Translations under genes and position numbers: made by a program
The notes under the pieces: model-generated
What the model saw: only the letters and a program-made list of their open reading frames with translations
Told to the model about the DNA's origin: nothing
Databases searched by the model: none
Shown here: positions 49,218 to 58,777 of the stretch, in pieces
Numbering within the stretch: position 1 is the first letter of the stretch
How the letters are laid out: each line of letters begins with the position of its first letter
Source of the DNA: a virus
Virus record (IMG/VR): IMGVR_UViG_3300020392_000004
DNA: 64,000 nucleotides
Strand: one strand, 5' to 3'

Positions 49218-49421
49218 ATGGTAGATTTACAAGAAAAAATGGAAAGTCTAGTAAGCATGAAACCTGAATTAGTTGCAGACGGATTAGACGAAAATCAATT
49301 GGAATCTGCAAAGAAGTCTTATGAAAATGCACTAGAGATTTGGGAAACACAAGTCCAAAACCTTCAAGATAGAATTGACGGTAAAGAAGTTTTAGTAGAA
49401 GAAGCTGTAGAAGAAGAGTAG
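49218..49421 (+). CDS. Small acidic hypothetical protein
   Basis: SD GGGAG, fills the gap in the operon. Confidence 0.7.
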   Translation: MVDLQEKMESLVSMKPELVADGLDENQLESAKKSYENALEIWETQVQNLQDRIDGKEVLVEEAVEEE

Positions 49422-49427
49422 TAATCA

Positions 49428-51443
49428 ATGGCAACATTCAAAGAGTTATTTGAAAAACAGGCGAAGCAAGCATTAGACGAATCCGTCAAGTATCAATTCG
49501 CAAAGGGAAAAGAAGAACAAGCCCGAATCAAATATGAAGAGAAGAGAACAGAAGCTCAACAAGCTCTTGGTGATGTTGCTAAAGCATACAGTGAAGGAAA
49601 GGCTACTTTTAAAGCAGCTGCAAGTGACGGATTTGGATTTACTGCAACATTCAATCAAATCAATAATGATATCGAAGGTGCATTTGGTTCTGTTGAAGAA
49701 AACTTCAAGAAAGGTGCAGACATGGTATCTTCGGGTATGGCAGATGTTAAAGGTGCCTTTAGTTCGTTTTCAGAAAACTTTAAGAAAGCAAAATTCAACC
49801 AATTAGAAAAAAAGACAGACCCCAATAGAGACGGTGGTGTTGAACTTGAGGGTGTTAAAAAAGAGTTTGGTAGGGCAAATGATGCAATCAAAGAACTCAC
49901 GGGTGGTATCGTTGATATCGGAGAGTATATTGAAGATGCAGTAAATGCTGTTAAGGCAGTTGGTGATTTGGTCATGGCACCTTTCAAGATTGCAAACGAA
50001 GCTATAAAAGTCACTACAAAATTCTTTACTGGTAAAGAGGTTGACCTAGGTGGTCAATTAAATGAATGGTGGTCAGGAACAGCACAAGAATTAGATAAAG
50101 ACGGTAATGTCATAAAACAAGCACAGGAAGGATTCTCTGCAAAAGTTCAAGCAGCTGGTTCAACTCTAATGGCAGGCGCAAGTGCATTCTTTGCTTCTGT
50201 CATGCAATTTATCAAAGGTGGTCTTCGAACAATAGGTGGTGTATTCGTCACAATAGGAACTGCACTTCAAGGTGCAGCCATAGCATTTATTGGTGGATTC
50301 ACTGCACTCATGGCTTCTATCGGTGGATTTATTTCTGCAACATTAACATTTGCAAGTGGACTTGCTTCAGCAACAATAAGATTTATTGCTTCTAGTGTCA
50401 CATTCATAGGTGCAACACTTGCCTATGCAGCTGCAGCGTTAACTACTGGTATTATAAAATTAGTCACAGTAGTCCCTGCCTTTATTGTTGCAGCGGGAAC
50501 TTTAATCGCAGGTATTATGTCAGCAGTAGGTGCATTCCTTGTTGCAGCTGCACCGTTCATTGCAATCGGTCTTGCAATTGCCATTGCTGTTGCAGCTCTC
50601 ATACTGGGTGTAATGTATCTTGTTAAAAACTTTGACGAAATTAAAGCAAATATCCAAGAGAAAGTTGCAGCCATAAAAGAAAGAATATCAACTATCATAC
50701 AAAACATTAAAGACGCATTTGTCAATACATTCCAAATGATATTCGATGCAGTAAGAGAAAAAATCCTACAAATGAAAACTTCGATTCCATTCCTTTCAAG
50801 TGATGAGGACTTAAAAGAATTAGAAGAGATTAGAGCAAGACAAGAAGAAAGGAAGAAAAAGAAAGACGGAAAAGAAGAAGTCACTGCAACTCCGACTGGA
50901 TTGGAAGATAAGACTGATGAACAGTTAGAGAACCAACAAAAATTTGCAAGAAAAGTAATAGACGACAGAGAAGCTTTCATTGCCGAAAAGGAAGCAAAGA
51001 ATGACTTGGGAGCAGAAGGGAATGCAGCTCGAGCAGAAAAAATAAGGTCGGGTAAAATGGACGAATTTGTTTACAGTCAGTCAAGAGATATCGAGGGTGG
51101 TAAATTTGACCCTAGTCAAACAGAAGGCTTTAGTTCAGACTTTTTAGTTGGTAAAGATAGTGAAATCATGACAGAACAAATGGCAAGAATGAAAGCAGAG
51201 GCTGAAGCTTCTTCAACAGACCTTGCACCAGTTGACCCTAATGCACCAGTTAGTGATATAACACAAGCAAGACAAGCTGTAGATGCAGAGAGAGATGCTG
51301 GGGGAGGTGGTTCTGCAACTGTAAATTCAGTAGTTCAAAATAATATGAGTGGAACAACAAACAATAATACATACCAACAAGGTCGTCCTACACCAAGGAA
51401 TGAAGACCCTACTGGTTCTCGTCTTTCAGCAGTTCCTGCTTAA
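49428..51443 (+). CDS. Tape-measure-like protein (gp29 position)
   Basis: Long Ala/Gly-rich helical protein with an extended hydrophobic centre, downstream of gp26/gp51; C-terminal VNSVVQNN..TTNNNTY. Confidence 0.7.
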   Translation: MATFKELFEKQAKQALDESVKYQFAKGKEEQARIKYEEKRTEAQQALGDVAKAYSEGKATFKAAASDGFGFTATFNQINNDIEGAFGSVEENFKKGADMVSSGMADVKGAFSSFSENFKKAKFNQLEKKTDPNRDGGVELEGVKKEFGRANDAIKELTGGIVDIGEYIEDAVNAVKAVGDLVMAPFKIANEAIKVTTKFFTGKEVDLGGQLNEWWSGTAQELDKDGNVIKQAQEGFSAKVQAAGSTLMAGASAFFASVMQFIKGGLRTIGGVFVTIGTALQGAAIAFIGGFTALMASIGGFISATLTFASGLASATIRFIASSVTFIGATLAYAAAALTTGIIKLVTVVPAFIVAAGTLIAGIMSAVGAFLVAAAPFIAIGLAIAIAVAALILGVMYLVKNFDEIKANIQEKVAAIKERISTIIQNIKDAFVNTFQMIFDAVREKILQMKTSIPFLSSDEDLKELEEIRARQEERKKKKDGKEEVTATPTGLEDKTDEQLENQQKFARKVIDDREAFIAEKEAKNDLGAEGNAARAEKIRSGKMDEFVYSQSRDIEGGKFDPSQTEGFSSDFLVGKDSEIMTEQMARMKAEAEASSTDLAPVDPNAPVSDITQARQAVDAERDAGGGGSATVNSVVQNNMSGTTNNNTYQQGRPTPRNEDPTGSRLSAVPA

Positions 51444-51661
51444 AATCCTAAATCTTTACCCCAAGGCCCTTCGTAATTAGGTGAGGGATATTTGTCTTTT
51501 CTTGGAATTGTTTTAGTCTTATCTTTATGGACTTGAGTCTGTCCATGTTTAGGTGTCTTCTTATGAGGTTTAATTTTCTTTAAGGGTTTACCCCAAATCC
51601 TTTCCCAAGCTTCTTCATATTGCTTGGTGTCCTCGGGTCTTCTTTTAGAACCTTTACCCAA
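51440..51661 (-). CDS. Small basic hypothetical protein
   Basis: Likely TTG start at 51661 overlapping the bS21 stop: [25 protein letters not shown]...HKDKTK..PRKDKY. Confidence 0.6.
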   Translation of the reverse strand: MGKGSKRRPEDTKQYEEAWERIWGKPLKKIKPHKKTPKHGQTQVHKDKTKTIPRKDKYPSPNYEGPWGKDLGF

Positions 51662-51902
51662 GTGGGCCCCATTTTCTTCTAGATTGTGCGAGTGCTTCCC
51701 TGTGTGCATTAAGTTTTTTTCTTCGTGCAATTTCTTGATTCTTTTTGTGCTTTTTCTGATTCGGTTTTTCATAATATTGTCTATCACGAACTTCGTTTAC
51801 AATGTTTGCTCTCTCACACTGCTTTTTAAATCTACGAAGCATTCTGTCAAATGGTTCAACATTTTTATTCTTCGGATTTATTCTTGGTTTTACACTTGGC
51901 AT
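51654..51902 (-). CDS. rpsU: Phage-encoded 30S ribosomal protein bS21
   Basis: [32 protein letters not shown] matches the S21 signature. Confidence 0.92.
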   Translation of the reverse strand: MPSVKPRINPKNKNVEPFDRMLRRFKKQCERANIVNEVRDRQYYEKPNQKKHKKNQEIARRKKLNAHREALAQSRRKWGPLG

Positions 51903-52783
51903 TATTTAAAAAATTGTTCTAAAGATTCCTCTTTGTTTTTAATCTTGTCTGAACTAGAAACTAGTTCCCCTTCTTTTCGGAATACTAAAATGTATTCATG
52001 AACTTTACTTGTATATCTTTTACTTGCACACTTACCCATTTGTAAAGCTGCAAAGATAGTATCGTTCTTCATGACTATAATGTCATGTAATATCAGTCCC
52101 GATTTAGTGAACATATTTATGCAATCAGAATGGAAGGGTCTGTATTGACCACCTCGTCTCCAATCTCCACATACCCAAACACAAAAACCGCCTGGGACTA
52201 AAACTCTTTCCATGTTATCACCACATACTTGTATTCTATCACAGAACTTTTTGTAGTCTCTTATGTCTGATAACTGACCTGTTGCACTCTCATACTTTTC
52301 TATATCACCGTATGGTGGACAAGTAAGAATCATGTGTGCAAAGTTATCGGGTGTTGCATTCATTTCACACCCGTCTTCCTCATGAATCACTGCGTCTAAT
52401 TCATGTCTTTTTAATTCTTCTCTAACCTTCTGAACTGTCATAGGTGAAACATCATATCCAAAGTATTGTCTTCCTAGAGATTGAGAAACAAATGCTCTTG
52501 TCAATCTTCCAGCAAAAGGGTCTACTATTGTATCCCCAACCATACTCCAATAATGAATTAGATTCTCTGCTAGTCCAGCATGAAACTCTGACATCATTAA
52601 TCCATTTGGAAGTCTTTCACATATCCCTCTCTTCTCTTCATATGCAGTTAGGTATGCGTCTTCCCAATTGTTCTTTGAAGATTTAGTAGGTGTTATTACT
52701 GATTGTGGACTCCAACCAAACTGGTCAACGACTCTTTCGTTCTCGTTGAATGGTAATATGTTTTTGTAGTATTCACTCTTCAT
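51902..52783 (-). CDS. DNA amino-methyltransferase (N4-C/N6-A type)
   Basis: IVDPFAG (motif I), TCPPY (motif IV), [16 protein letters not shown]. Confidence 0.85.
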   Translation of the reverse strand: MKSEYYKNILPFNENERVVDQFGWSPQSVITPTKSSKNNWEDAYLTAYEEKRGICERLPNGLMMSEFHAGLAENLIHYWSMVGDTIVDPFAGRLTRAFVSQSLGRQYFGYDVSPMTVQKVREELKRHELDAVIHEEDGCEMNATPDNFAHMILTCPPYGDIEKYESATGQLSDIRDYKKFCDRIQVCGDNMERVLVPGGFCVWVCGDWRRGGQYRPFHSDCINMFTKSGLILHDIIVMKNDTIFAALQMGKCASKRYTSKVHEYILVFRKEGELVSSSDKIKNKEESLEQFFK

Positions 52784-52794
52784 AATAATAAAGT

Positions 52795-52950
52795 GTTAAG
52801 TCACCCCACGCCTTACAGCAACCCGTTCTTAACCGATTGACCCGCAATGTTGCCGTCAATCTTTCCCTTACGAAGCACCCCCAATTTTTTCCACGGTCTT
52901 CGTGTTGTGGTCGTCTGTTTCAAGGACACATTATAAAACACGACCACCCC
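52795..52950 (-). ncRNA. Candidate structured RNA downstream of gp32
   Basis: GC-rich non-coding gap with four consecutive hairpins (see findings); family unknown, strand inferred from the flanking genes. Confidence 0.55.
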
Positions 52951-52960
52951 AAATTAGAAA

Positions 52961-53860
52961 TTAACTATCTGAAGCTAACTTCTTAAAGTAATCCATCGCG
53001 TCATCTTCTGATTCACCTACAGAAGCTTCTGCTGATGCGATTACAGGTTCTTCTGCAACTGAATCAGTATTCACATTTCCCCAAGGCACTTCTTCTTGGT
53101 CTTCTGCAATTGATTCTGCTGTAGAATTACTTACACCACCAGTGAGACCTAGAACTCTATCTAGTTTCTCTTTGAGTTCTTCGTAAGACTTAAACTCATT
53201 TGGTGATATCACATCTGATAATGAATGTGTTGAACTATTTATATCATTCAACCTACTTTCATCATCAAAAAGTGGTGCTGGTGTATCGAACTCTGACTTG
53301 TCATAGTTCCAATAACCGTCTACTTTTCTAATCTTGATTTTGAAGTTTGCACCTTCTCCTCTTAAGTCAAAAGGATTGATTGCTGCATCGTCCTCAAATT
53401 GAGGATTGAGTGCGTCTCTCAAATGTTCAAAGATTTTTTTACCGTATCTGTATTTGAATACTTTACCTTCGTTGTCGGGATTCTTTGGGTCTGAAACAAC
53501 ATAGACATTAGAAACATAATGAAGTCTACGCTTCTGTTTCCTTGCTTGGTCTTTGTTTGCTTCAATACCTGTATTCCACAACTGTGTGTTGTATTCAGAC
53601 ACAGGGTCTTTCTTGTTAAGAGTAGTCAGAGACTTCTCTATATACCAACCGCCAGGGCCTTGAAAGCCATGATCCCAGTATGAGACCCATGGGTTTTCTT
53701 CTCCTTCGGGTGTAGGTAAGAAACGAATGATTGCAAACCCATTACCAGTTTTATCCAGTTCGGGTTTCCACATTGTTTCATCGGAATAGGACTTTTTTTC
53801 TCCTTGAGTCGGAGACGCAGATTCCATTGCTGCGCGTAGTTTATCTAATGATGTCGACAT
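52961..53860 (-). CDS. gp32: Single-stranded DNA-binding protein
   Basis: WKPELDKTGNGFAIIRFLP, HGFQGPGGWYIEKSLTTL, YGKKIF, GANFKIKIRKVDGYWNYDKSEF, acidic tail DDAMDYFKKLA. Confidence 0.97.
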   Translation of the reverse strand: MSTSLDKLRAAMESASPTQGEKKSYSDETMWKPELDKTGNGFAIIRFLPTPEGEENPWVSYWDHGFQGPGGWYIEKSLTTLNKKDPVSEYNTQLWNTGIEANKDQARKQKRRLHYVSNVYVVSDPKNPDNEGKVFKYRYGKKIFEHLRDALNPQFEDDAAINPFDLRGEGANFKIKIRKVDGYWNYDKSEFDTPAPLFDDESRLNDINSSTHSLSDVISPNEFKSYEELKEKLDRVLGLTGGVSNSTAESIAEDQEEVPWGNVNTDSVAEEPVIASAEASVGESEDDAMDYFKKLASDS

Positions 53861-53892
53861 TGTATCTCCTCGTATCGCATTGTATTAGCATT

Positions 53893-54636
53893 TTATTGAA
53901 AGTCAAAAAGAGAACTTTCTCCTAATGACCACCTATCCTTACTATTTTCATAATAAGTAAGTTCATTATATATGATAGGTTGTTTGTTGTCTAGAGGGTT
54001 TTCGAAAAAAACATCTATATCTTCAAACAACTTATCTTTCAATAAAGACACAAACTGAAATCTTTGAATCCAGTAAATTGTATCTTCTTTAGTATATTTA
54101 GTCTTATATTTAAGCAGTCCTGTATTTTCGTATACATTTCCTACACTATCTAAACTAGGGTCTAGTGCATCGAAACCTACTAATGTTATCGCTTTGTGTC
54201 CTTGTTCAGCTGCATATCCTAGTGCTGTTATTCCACAGAAAGTATTCTTGAGCTTTGGATAATTATACATAATAATGTTGTCGCCCAGAGAACTATTATA
54301 GCTAGTAAGAAATACTTCTTCACCTTCACCTTGAACAACAAAATGTGTGTCGTCCTCGGAACGATTTTCAATTACTTTCATATTCCCGTATGCAAACTTC
54401 ATTTGGTCGTATAGTTCTATCTCCATAGGGTTCCAATCTCCCACTGCAATAGGCATATCTTTATAAACTCCAGCTTCGAAAACTTCGTGTTGGACGGGAA
54501 TGTCATGAACAAATAATATATCGGGGACTGCTTCAGTATAGATTCCATTACACCCATACCACTCACAACCATAAGCACGACACTTTTCTAAATCAAAGTC
54601 TTTTCGACTTGGCCCATTCCCCACTATGTAGAGCAT
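53893..54636 (-). CDS. Cst-II/Maf (DUF115)-like putative glycosyltransferase
   Basis: IVGNGPSR..FDL...YGCN.IY and G..ALGYA...G.K.ITLVGFD resemble Cst-II/Maf-type motifs. Confidence 0.55.
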   Translation of the reverse strand: MLYIVGNGPSRKDFDLEKCRAYGCEWYGCNGIYTEAVPDILFVHDIPVQHEVFEAGVYKDMPIAVGDWNPMEIELYDQMKFAYGNMKVIENRSEDDTHFVVQGEGEEVFLTSYNSSLGDNIIMYNYPKLKNTFCGITALGYAAEQGHKAITLVGFDALDPSLDSVGNVYENTGLLKYKTKYTKEDTIYWIQRFQFVSLLKDKLFEDIDVFFENPLDNKQPIIYNELTYYENSKDRWSLGESSLFDFQ

Positions 54637-55217
54637 AGTTCTATTAACCTCTTTTTATATTCTTGTTGTGGATAAGATAAGAAAGCTTTGTATTTGTTTA
54701 TCTTAATATGAACATCGGGATATACAACCTTTTCTTGTATGAGTCTTTCCCAGTCTTTACTGAATCCGATTATCTCGTCCATGATACAAAGTGTCTCTAG
54801 ACTTATCTGACTTCCTAGATATGCTTTTAATAGTCTAGGGTGTTGTCCTTTACTTACCTTGAGTAAAGTATCTATCTTATATTTTCTTAACTGGTCTGAT
54901 ACTTCTGTCTCAAACATGTATTTTAGTTTTTGTTGTCTCTTCTTCCATTCTCTGTATCGTCCTTCACTCTCATTGTCTAGAAGGTCACCAGCCCATAAGT
55001 CATAAACAGAAAGATTTGCAATATAAAAATCTTGTAGATTGTTCTTATATTTTTTATACAGTTTACCAAAATGGTATTTGTCTTTTCGTTTTACAAACGA
55101 ATTGATATCTGCTTTAACCTTTCCGTTATATGTGACAAAGTTATAATCTTTAGAATAGAAGTGTAGCTTTATAGCAAGATAAAGTGTGTATGCATCATAT
55201 CCTTCACGACTTGTCAT
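54624..55217 (-). CDS. gp59: Helicase loader
   Basis: YDAY.LYLAIKLHF....YNF..YNGKV......F.KRKDKY.F.KL, ISLETL.I.D. Confidence 0.9.
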   Translation of the reverse strand: MTSREGYDAYTLYLAIKLHFYSKDYNFVTYNGKVKADINSFVKRKDKYHFGKLYKKYKNNLQDFYIANLSVYDLWAGDLLDNESEGRYREWKKRQQKLKYMFETEVSDQLRKYKIDTLLKVSKGQHPRLLKAYLGSQISLETLCIMDEIIGFSKDWERLIQEKVVYPDVHIKINKYKAFLSYPQQEYKKRLIELCST

Positions 55218-55489
55218 TACTTAACTAATTGTATATTAGTTGTTGCCTCGGTGTGTGCTTTACTTACTTGTTCGTTAGTAGGAACTATATACACTGGATT
55301 CATGAATGTCACCGTATCGGGATTCTCTTCACCCGTCACTGCAACACCCCTTGCAAAACCCATACCCTCTTTGGTTTGGATTATCATTCTTGGTTTACTT
55401 AAAGTCACCCTTAAGTCTTGTTGGGATTCTAGTATACCAACATACTCTCCGCTGATTGTCACCACTGTGACTGTATCACCTTTTTCCAT
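55217..55489 (-). CDS. Conserved small hypothetical protein (Sm-like fold possible)
   Basis: KGDTVTVVTISGEYVG.L...L.KPR...GMGF; translationally coupled. Confidence 0.65.
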   Translation of the reverse strand: MEKGDTVTVVTISGEYVGILESQQDLRVTLSKPRMIIQTKEGMGFARGVAVTGEENPDTVTFMNPVYIVPTNEQVSKAHTEATTNIQLVK

Positions 55490-55491
55490 AA

Positions 55492-55734
55492 TTAATCTCC
55501 TTTAAAAAACCCCGACAAAGACGATTGACTTCTTGAGGTTCGATTTATCATATTCAACCCTGTTGCCTCTGCCTCTAACTTTTCTTTTAGAGGTGGAGAG
55601 ATTAATCTCTTTGCACTCTCGGGTTCAATATTATTTGTTTCACAAACTTTGATAATGGCTGACATTACATCACAACCTCTACCTTTTGTTAACAATTTTT
55701 CCACTTGTTCAGTAAATTCTTTTCTAGTTATCAT
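55492..55734 (-). CDS. gp33: Late transcription coactivator
   Basis: F...VEKL...MSAII..CE.NNIEPES..RLIS..LKEKLEAEA..LN. Confidence 0.9.
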   Translation of the reverse strand: MITRKEFTEQVEKLLTKGRGCDVMSAIIKVCETNNIEPESAKRLISPPLKEKLEAEATGLNMINRTSRSQSSLSGFFKGD

Positions 55735-56414
55735 TATACACCATATAAATTTTTGTATTGTTTTCTCAAGTCAACCAACTTGTCAACATATTCTACAGGA
55801 TTACAGAAGAACATTTGAAAAGTATTCAGACCTTCCACTCCAACTAAAGCCATACACTCTTCGATAGGGTGACCTGTTAGTTCTTCCACCATAAGTGCAT
55901 AAGCTGTCATTTGAATAAACCATGGTTCTGCCATGTAGTCTTCTTTCATCTTTGCACTTGATTTAAAATCGATAATACATAATTTACCTTCGAACATTCC
56001 TACACAATCTACGCGTCCTGCCATTTTTAAATTAGGACTCCATAGTGGTGCTTCTAACGCAAGTGGAACTATCTCGTCAAGAATTGGTTGGACTGCTTTA
56101 AACATTCCTTCTTGAAGTATATTATCAAACTCTATAAATTCTTTTTCTTTCCGAAGATAATCTTCGACATGTTGGTGAAACTTTGTTCCTCTTCTTGCAG
56201 CCTGTGTGGATACTTTGTTTGCTTCTTTGTCACCAACTCGTTCTCTCCACAATTTGATATGGTCTCTTGTTAATAGACCTGCGACTGTGGTGACACTTGG
56301 ATATGCATTTCCAGCGTCGTCTATGTAATGTCTTTTACCGTCTCTTGTTTCTGTTTTGAGTTGGATATTCTCCAGTTCGGGAATATCATATAGGGTTGTT
56401 CTCACTTTAGTCAT
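55734..56414 (-). CDS. PD-(D/E)XK exonuclease
   Basis: YPSVTTV, WRERVG..EAN, RGT.FH...E.YL, AGRVDC, IIDFKSS, QMTAYA.M..E. Confidence 0.88.
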   Translation of the reverse strand: MTKVRTTLYDIPELENIQLKTETRDGKRHYIDDAGNAYPSVTTVAGLLTRDHIKLWRERVGDKEANKVSTQAARRGTKFHQHVEDYLRKEKEFIEFDNILQEGMFKAVQPILDEIVPLALEAPLWSPNLKMAGRVDCVGMFEGKLCIIDFKSSAKMKEDYMAEPWFIQMTAYALMVEELTGHPIEECMALVGVEGLNTFQMFFCNPVEYVDKLVDLRKQYKNLYGV

Positions 56415-56425
56415 AGTTTATTGTA

Positions 56426-56731
56426 TCACTTTCGGGACTGTATGTCCATATGCTTTTTAATAGTCTTTACAGACTTTTCTCTTTTAATATCTTTACTCCC
56501 ATGTCTTGCATGAACTTCGGAGCCTGGGTGTGCGTCACCTATCTTGTTTAACACATCTTTGAATCCACCGTCTACCTTCACACGGTCACCGTGACCACCT
56601 ATGATATTAGGAGCTCCAATAACTTGTTTGATATGTGGATTCTTTTTTAAGAACTTTTCTTTGTCTGCAATAGACATTAACATTTCAAATGATTCGTCTA
56701 GTTCTTCGTGGTAAAATTCGTATAAAGGCAT
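56426..56731 (-). CDS. FmdB-like small protein
   Basis: Start moved to MPLYEFY at 56731 (TAATG coupling); FLKKNPHIKQVI, DGGFKDVLNKI...HPGS. Confidence 0.7.
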   Translation of the reverse strand: MPLYEFYHEELDESFEMLMSIADKEKFLKKNPHIKQVIGAPNIIGGHGDRVKVDGGFKDVLNKIGDAHPGSEVHARHGSKDIKREKSVKTIKKHMDIQSRK

Positions 56732-57270
56732 TATGCATAACTCATAAATTGTGGGACTTCTCTTCCAGTCCATTTTGCAAAGTCTTTTTTGTAGACTGCA
56801 TAGTATTTATGATAGGCAGAAATAGAATCATTTGGAACCTTAACATCGTCAGGCATACATTGTGGTGGTTCAGACCACTCACCTAGTTTAATATTGTCAG
56901 GCAGACAGTTTAGTATGTCTCTCAATTTAGTATCAGTGAGGTGTTCTCTCTCATACCTGTATGTGTATTCGTTGCATAGATTCTCAAACATATCATATGC
57001 ATACTGATATTGAATTGCATTCTCACGAACCCATAATGTAGAAGGGTGATTGATATGAGAAGCTTTGTATAAGTAAGGTTCTCTGTCGGGGTCTAGTTCC
57101 CACCTTCTGATTCTACGACCACTTGAAGAATCGATATATTCATGACCGTCCAACATTCTATGTGCAGTCGATAACATTTGTGCATACTCAATAATCATTT
57201 TACATACATGTTTGTCACAATGTAATGTTGCAGAAATTCTAGGTTCTTTGTGTAAATAAAATAAATTCAT
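56731..57270 (-). CDS. Pyrimidine-dimer DNA glycosylase-like (DenV family) protein
   Basis: MNLFYL...A..HCDKHVCKMIIEYAQMLSTAH, H.NHPS..WVRE, EYTYRY...H, PQCMPD; start at ATG 57270. Confidence 0.8.
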   Translation of the reverse strand: MNLFYLHKEPRISATLHCDKHVCKMIIEYAQMLSTAHRMLDGHEYIDSSSGRRIRRWELDPDREPYLYKASHINHPSTLWVRENAIQYQYAYDMFENLCNEYTYRYEREHLTDTKLRDILNCLPDNIKLGEWSEPPQCMPDDVKVPNDSISAYHKYYAVYKKDFAKWTGREVPQFMSYA

Positions 57271-57443
57271 TATCGGTTCTCCTTCAACCATTCAATATAA
57301 GTCATGGGGTCTCTAGTTTTTTTCACATACTCTTGATATTTTTCTTTGTTCTCTTTTGACTCTGTCATGGACTTAACCCATTCATCGGAATTGTTCTCCC
57401 ACCTTTTTGAGTTGTTCATGTAGTCGTGCCAAAGTTGTTTCAT
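57270..57443 (-). CDS. Small hypothetical protein (57 aa)
   Basis: Manual translation MKQLWHDYMNNSKRWENNSDEWVKSM...EWLKENR*, coupled to both neighbours. Confidence 0.6.
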   Translation of the reverse strand: MKQLWHDYMNNSKRWENNSDEWVKSMTESKENKEKYQEYVKKTRDPMTYIEWLKENR

Positions 57444-57691
57444 ATCTGTTTATGTTGTATTGTTTCTACTGGATTCCATACTCCAACACCTAATCCATCT
57501 TCAAACATATCATTACAAATTAATCTCATTTGGTCTTTTGTTTGAAAATAATAATTAGTTAGTTTCACATTATAGTCAACACCTTGACTTTTAGTTGCAT
57601 TGGTGCTGTCTTCTAAAATATAGTAGGGCCATATACCTAGTAGTTTGTCATAGAAGACTCTAAACTTTTTTCCCTCTGCAACTCGTTTCAT
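57440..57691 (-). CDS. Hypothetical protein
   Basis: ATGA overlaps with both neighbours. Confidence 0.65.
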   Translation of the reverse strand: MKRVAEGKKFRVFYDKLLGIWPYYILEDSTNATKSQGVDYNVKLTNYYFQTKDQMRLICNDMFEDGLGVGVWNPVETIQHKQI

Positions 57692-58221
57692 TTATAAAAT
57701 ATATGATTGTTAATATAAACCGTCTCGTTTAAATGTTCTGCCCAATAGGGTAAAATATAATCTGCATGATACCACATTGCACCTTCTGTTATATCTATCT
57801 GTTCTTCTTTGATAAAGGACTGTGCAATTGATAGACACTCTTCCCATGTCTTACTGTCTTTTGGTTCGTCTGACTTACCGTCACAGAACCAACTGAATTG
57901 ACACATTCCTAATTTAGGAACTACATTTCCTGTCCAAGAAGTTCTCCATTCTTTTGTTTCATGTATCACATCACAATAAGTATCGGGAAACTGCCAAGAC
58001 TCCATTCGATTTTTCACTACATGGGCAACAGCAAGTTTGCCTGCCAGTGGCTGATTACCAGCTTCGAAGTAAATGTTTTTTGCAAGACAGAATGCGTCAT
58101 TGTTCGCGTCACTTGCATATACTTTAGGTGAAAAAACTCCTATCCCAAATCCTAGGGTAAGACCTATCAAAAACCAAACTATCATTGGTCTAAAATCTTG
58201 AAACATATTTACAGCCTCCAA
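57688..58221 (-). CDS. Cell wall hydrolase (SleB/Hydrolase_2 family)
   Basis: CLAKNIYFEAGNQ...G..AVA.VV.NR, CQFSWFCDGK.D, DITEGA.WYHA.Y..P.W, I..HIFY; N-terminal TM/signal segment. Confidence 0.9.
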   Translation of the reverse strand: MEAVNMFQDFRPMIVWFLIGLTLGFGIGVFSPKVYASDANNDAFCLAKNIYFEAGNQPLAGKLAVAHVVKNRMESWQFPDTYCDVIHETKEWRTSWTGNVVPKLGMCQFSWFCDGKSDEPKDSKTWEECLSIAQSFIKEEQIDITEGAMWYHADYILPYWAEHLNETVYINNHIFYK

Positions 58222-58462
58222 AGTAATGTTCGTTTACAAAGTCTTTATCCCACTTTGTAGATAACTTATTTAAAAAACTAGAACGGTCAACGAGATAATT
58301 TAGATACTCTAGTATCGTTATCCTAACATTGTGGGGTTCTTGTTTCTCTAGTGTTAAAAAATTTGCAACCAAAAAACTTCCCATGAATACTAAATCAACC
58401 CATAGAAATAGTAAGGGAAGTCCAAAAACTGCAAATGCAAATAGTAAATAAAATTCCGTCAT
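58190..58462 (-). CDS. Hypothetical membrane protein
   Basis: Hydrophobic N-terminus; SD GGAGG. Confidence 0.6.
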   Translation of the reverse strand: MTEFYLLFAFAVFGLPLLFLWVDLVFMGSFLVANFLTLEKQEPHNVRITILEYLNYLVDRSSFLNKLSTKWDKDFVNEHYFGGCKYVSRF

Positions 58463-58659
58463 GTTATGCCTCCTAACATTAATCCACTTCTAAATGCAAT
58501 TAGTATCTGCATAGTGGGTGGAAAGAAATAAAAATATGTTAAGACTCCCAAGATTATTATTAAGATTGCAACTGCAAGCTTTACTGTAAACTTAAGAACA
58601 CTGGGAAAAACTTTTATCCCTATGTATATAACAGTAAGTAATCCAATTAGTTCTAACAT
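58459..58659 (-). CDS. Hypothetical membrane protein
   Basis: Two hydrophobic helices. Confidence 0.6.
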   Translation of the reverse strand: MLELIGLLTVIYIGIKVFPSVLKFTVKLAVAILIIILGVLTYFYFFPPTMQILIAFRSGLMLGGIT

Positions 58660-58660
58660 A

Positions 58661-58777
58661 TTACTCCCAAGGTAATGGTATTCTCTTACCTCGTTTTTGT
58701 TCTTCGACTACATGACAACTCATGTAGCAAAAAAGACCTGCGACAGTGCATATAATTATTCCAATAAAAATATCCAT
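58661..58777 (-). CDS. Small membrane peptide (38 aa)
   Basis: Manual translation MDIFIGIIICTVAGLFCYMSCHVVEEQKRGKRIPLPWE*, TAATG-coupled to the upstream gene. Confidence 0.55.
   Translation of the reverse strand: MDIFIGIIICTVAGLFCYMSCHVVEEQKRGKRIPLPWE

Noticed and set aside
51662-51787. N-terminal extension of ORF 51440-51787
   Set aside because: It overlaps bS21 in another frame; the TTG at 51661 coupled to the bS21 stop is more plausible.
52795-52950. tRNA or tmRNA gene
   Set aside because: No cloverleaf, T-loop GTTC motif or CCA end could be identified; no tRNA was recognised anywhere in the window.
55734-56414. Cas4 as evidence of a CRISPR system
   Set aside because: It is the stand-alone PD-(D/E)XK exonuclease usual near gp33 in T4-like phages; there is no four-Cys cluster pattern and no array.
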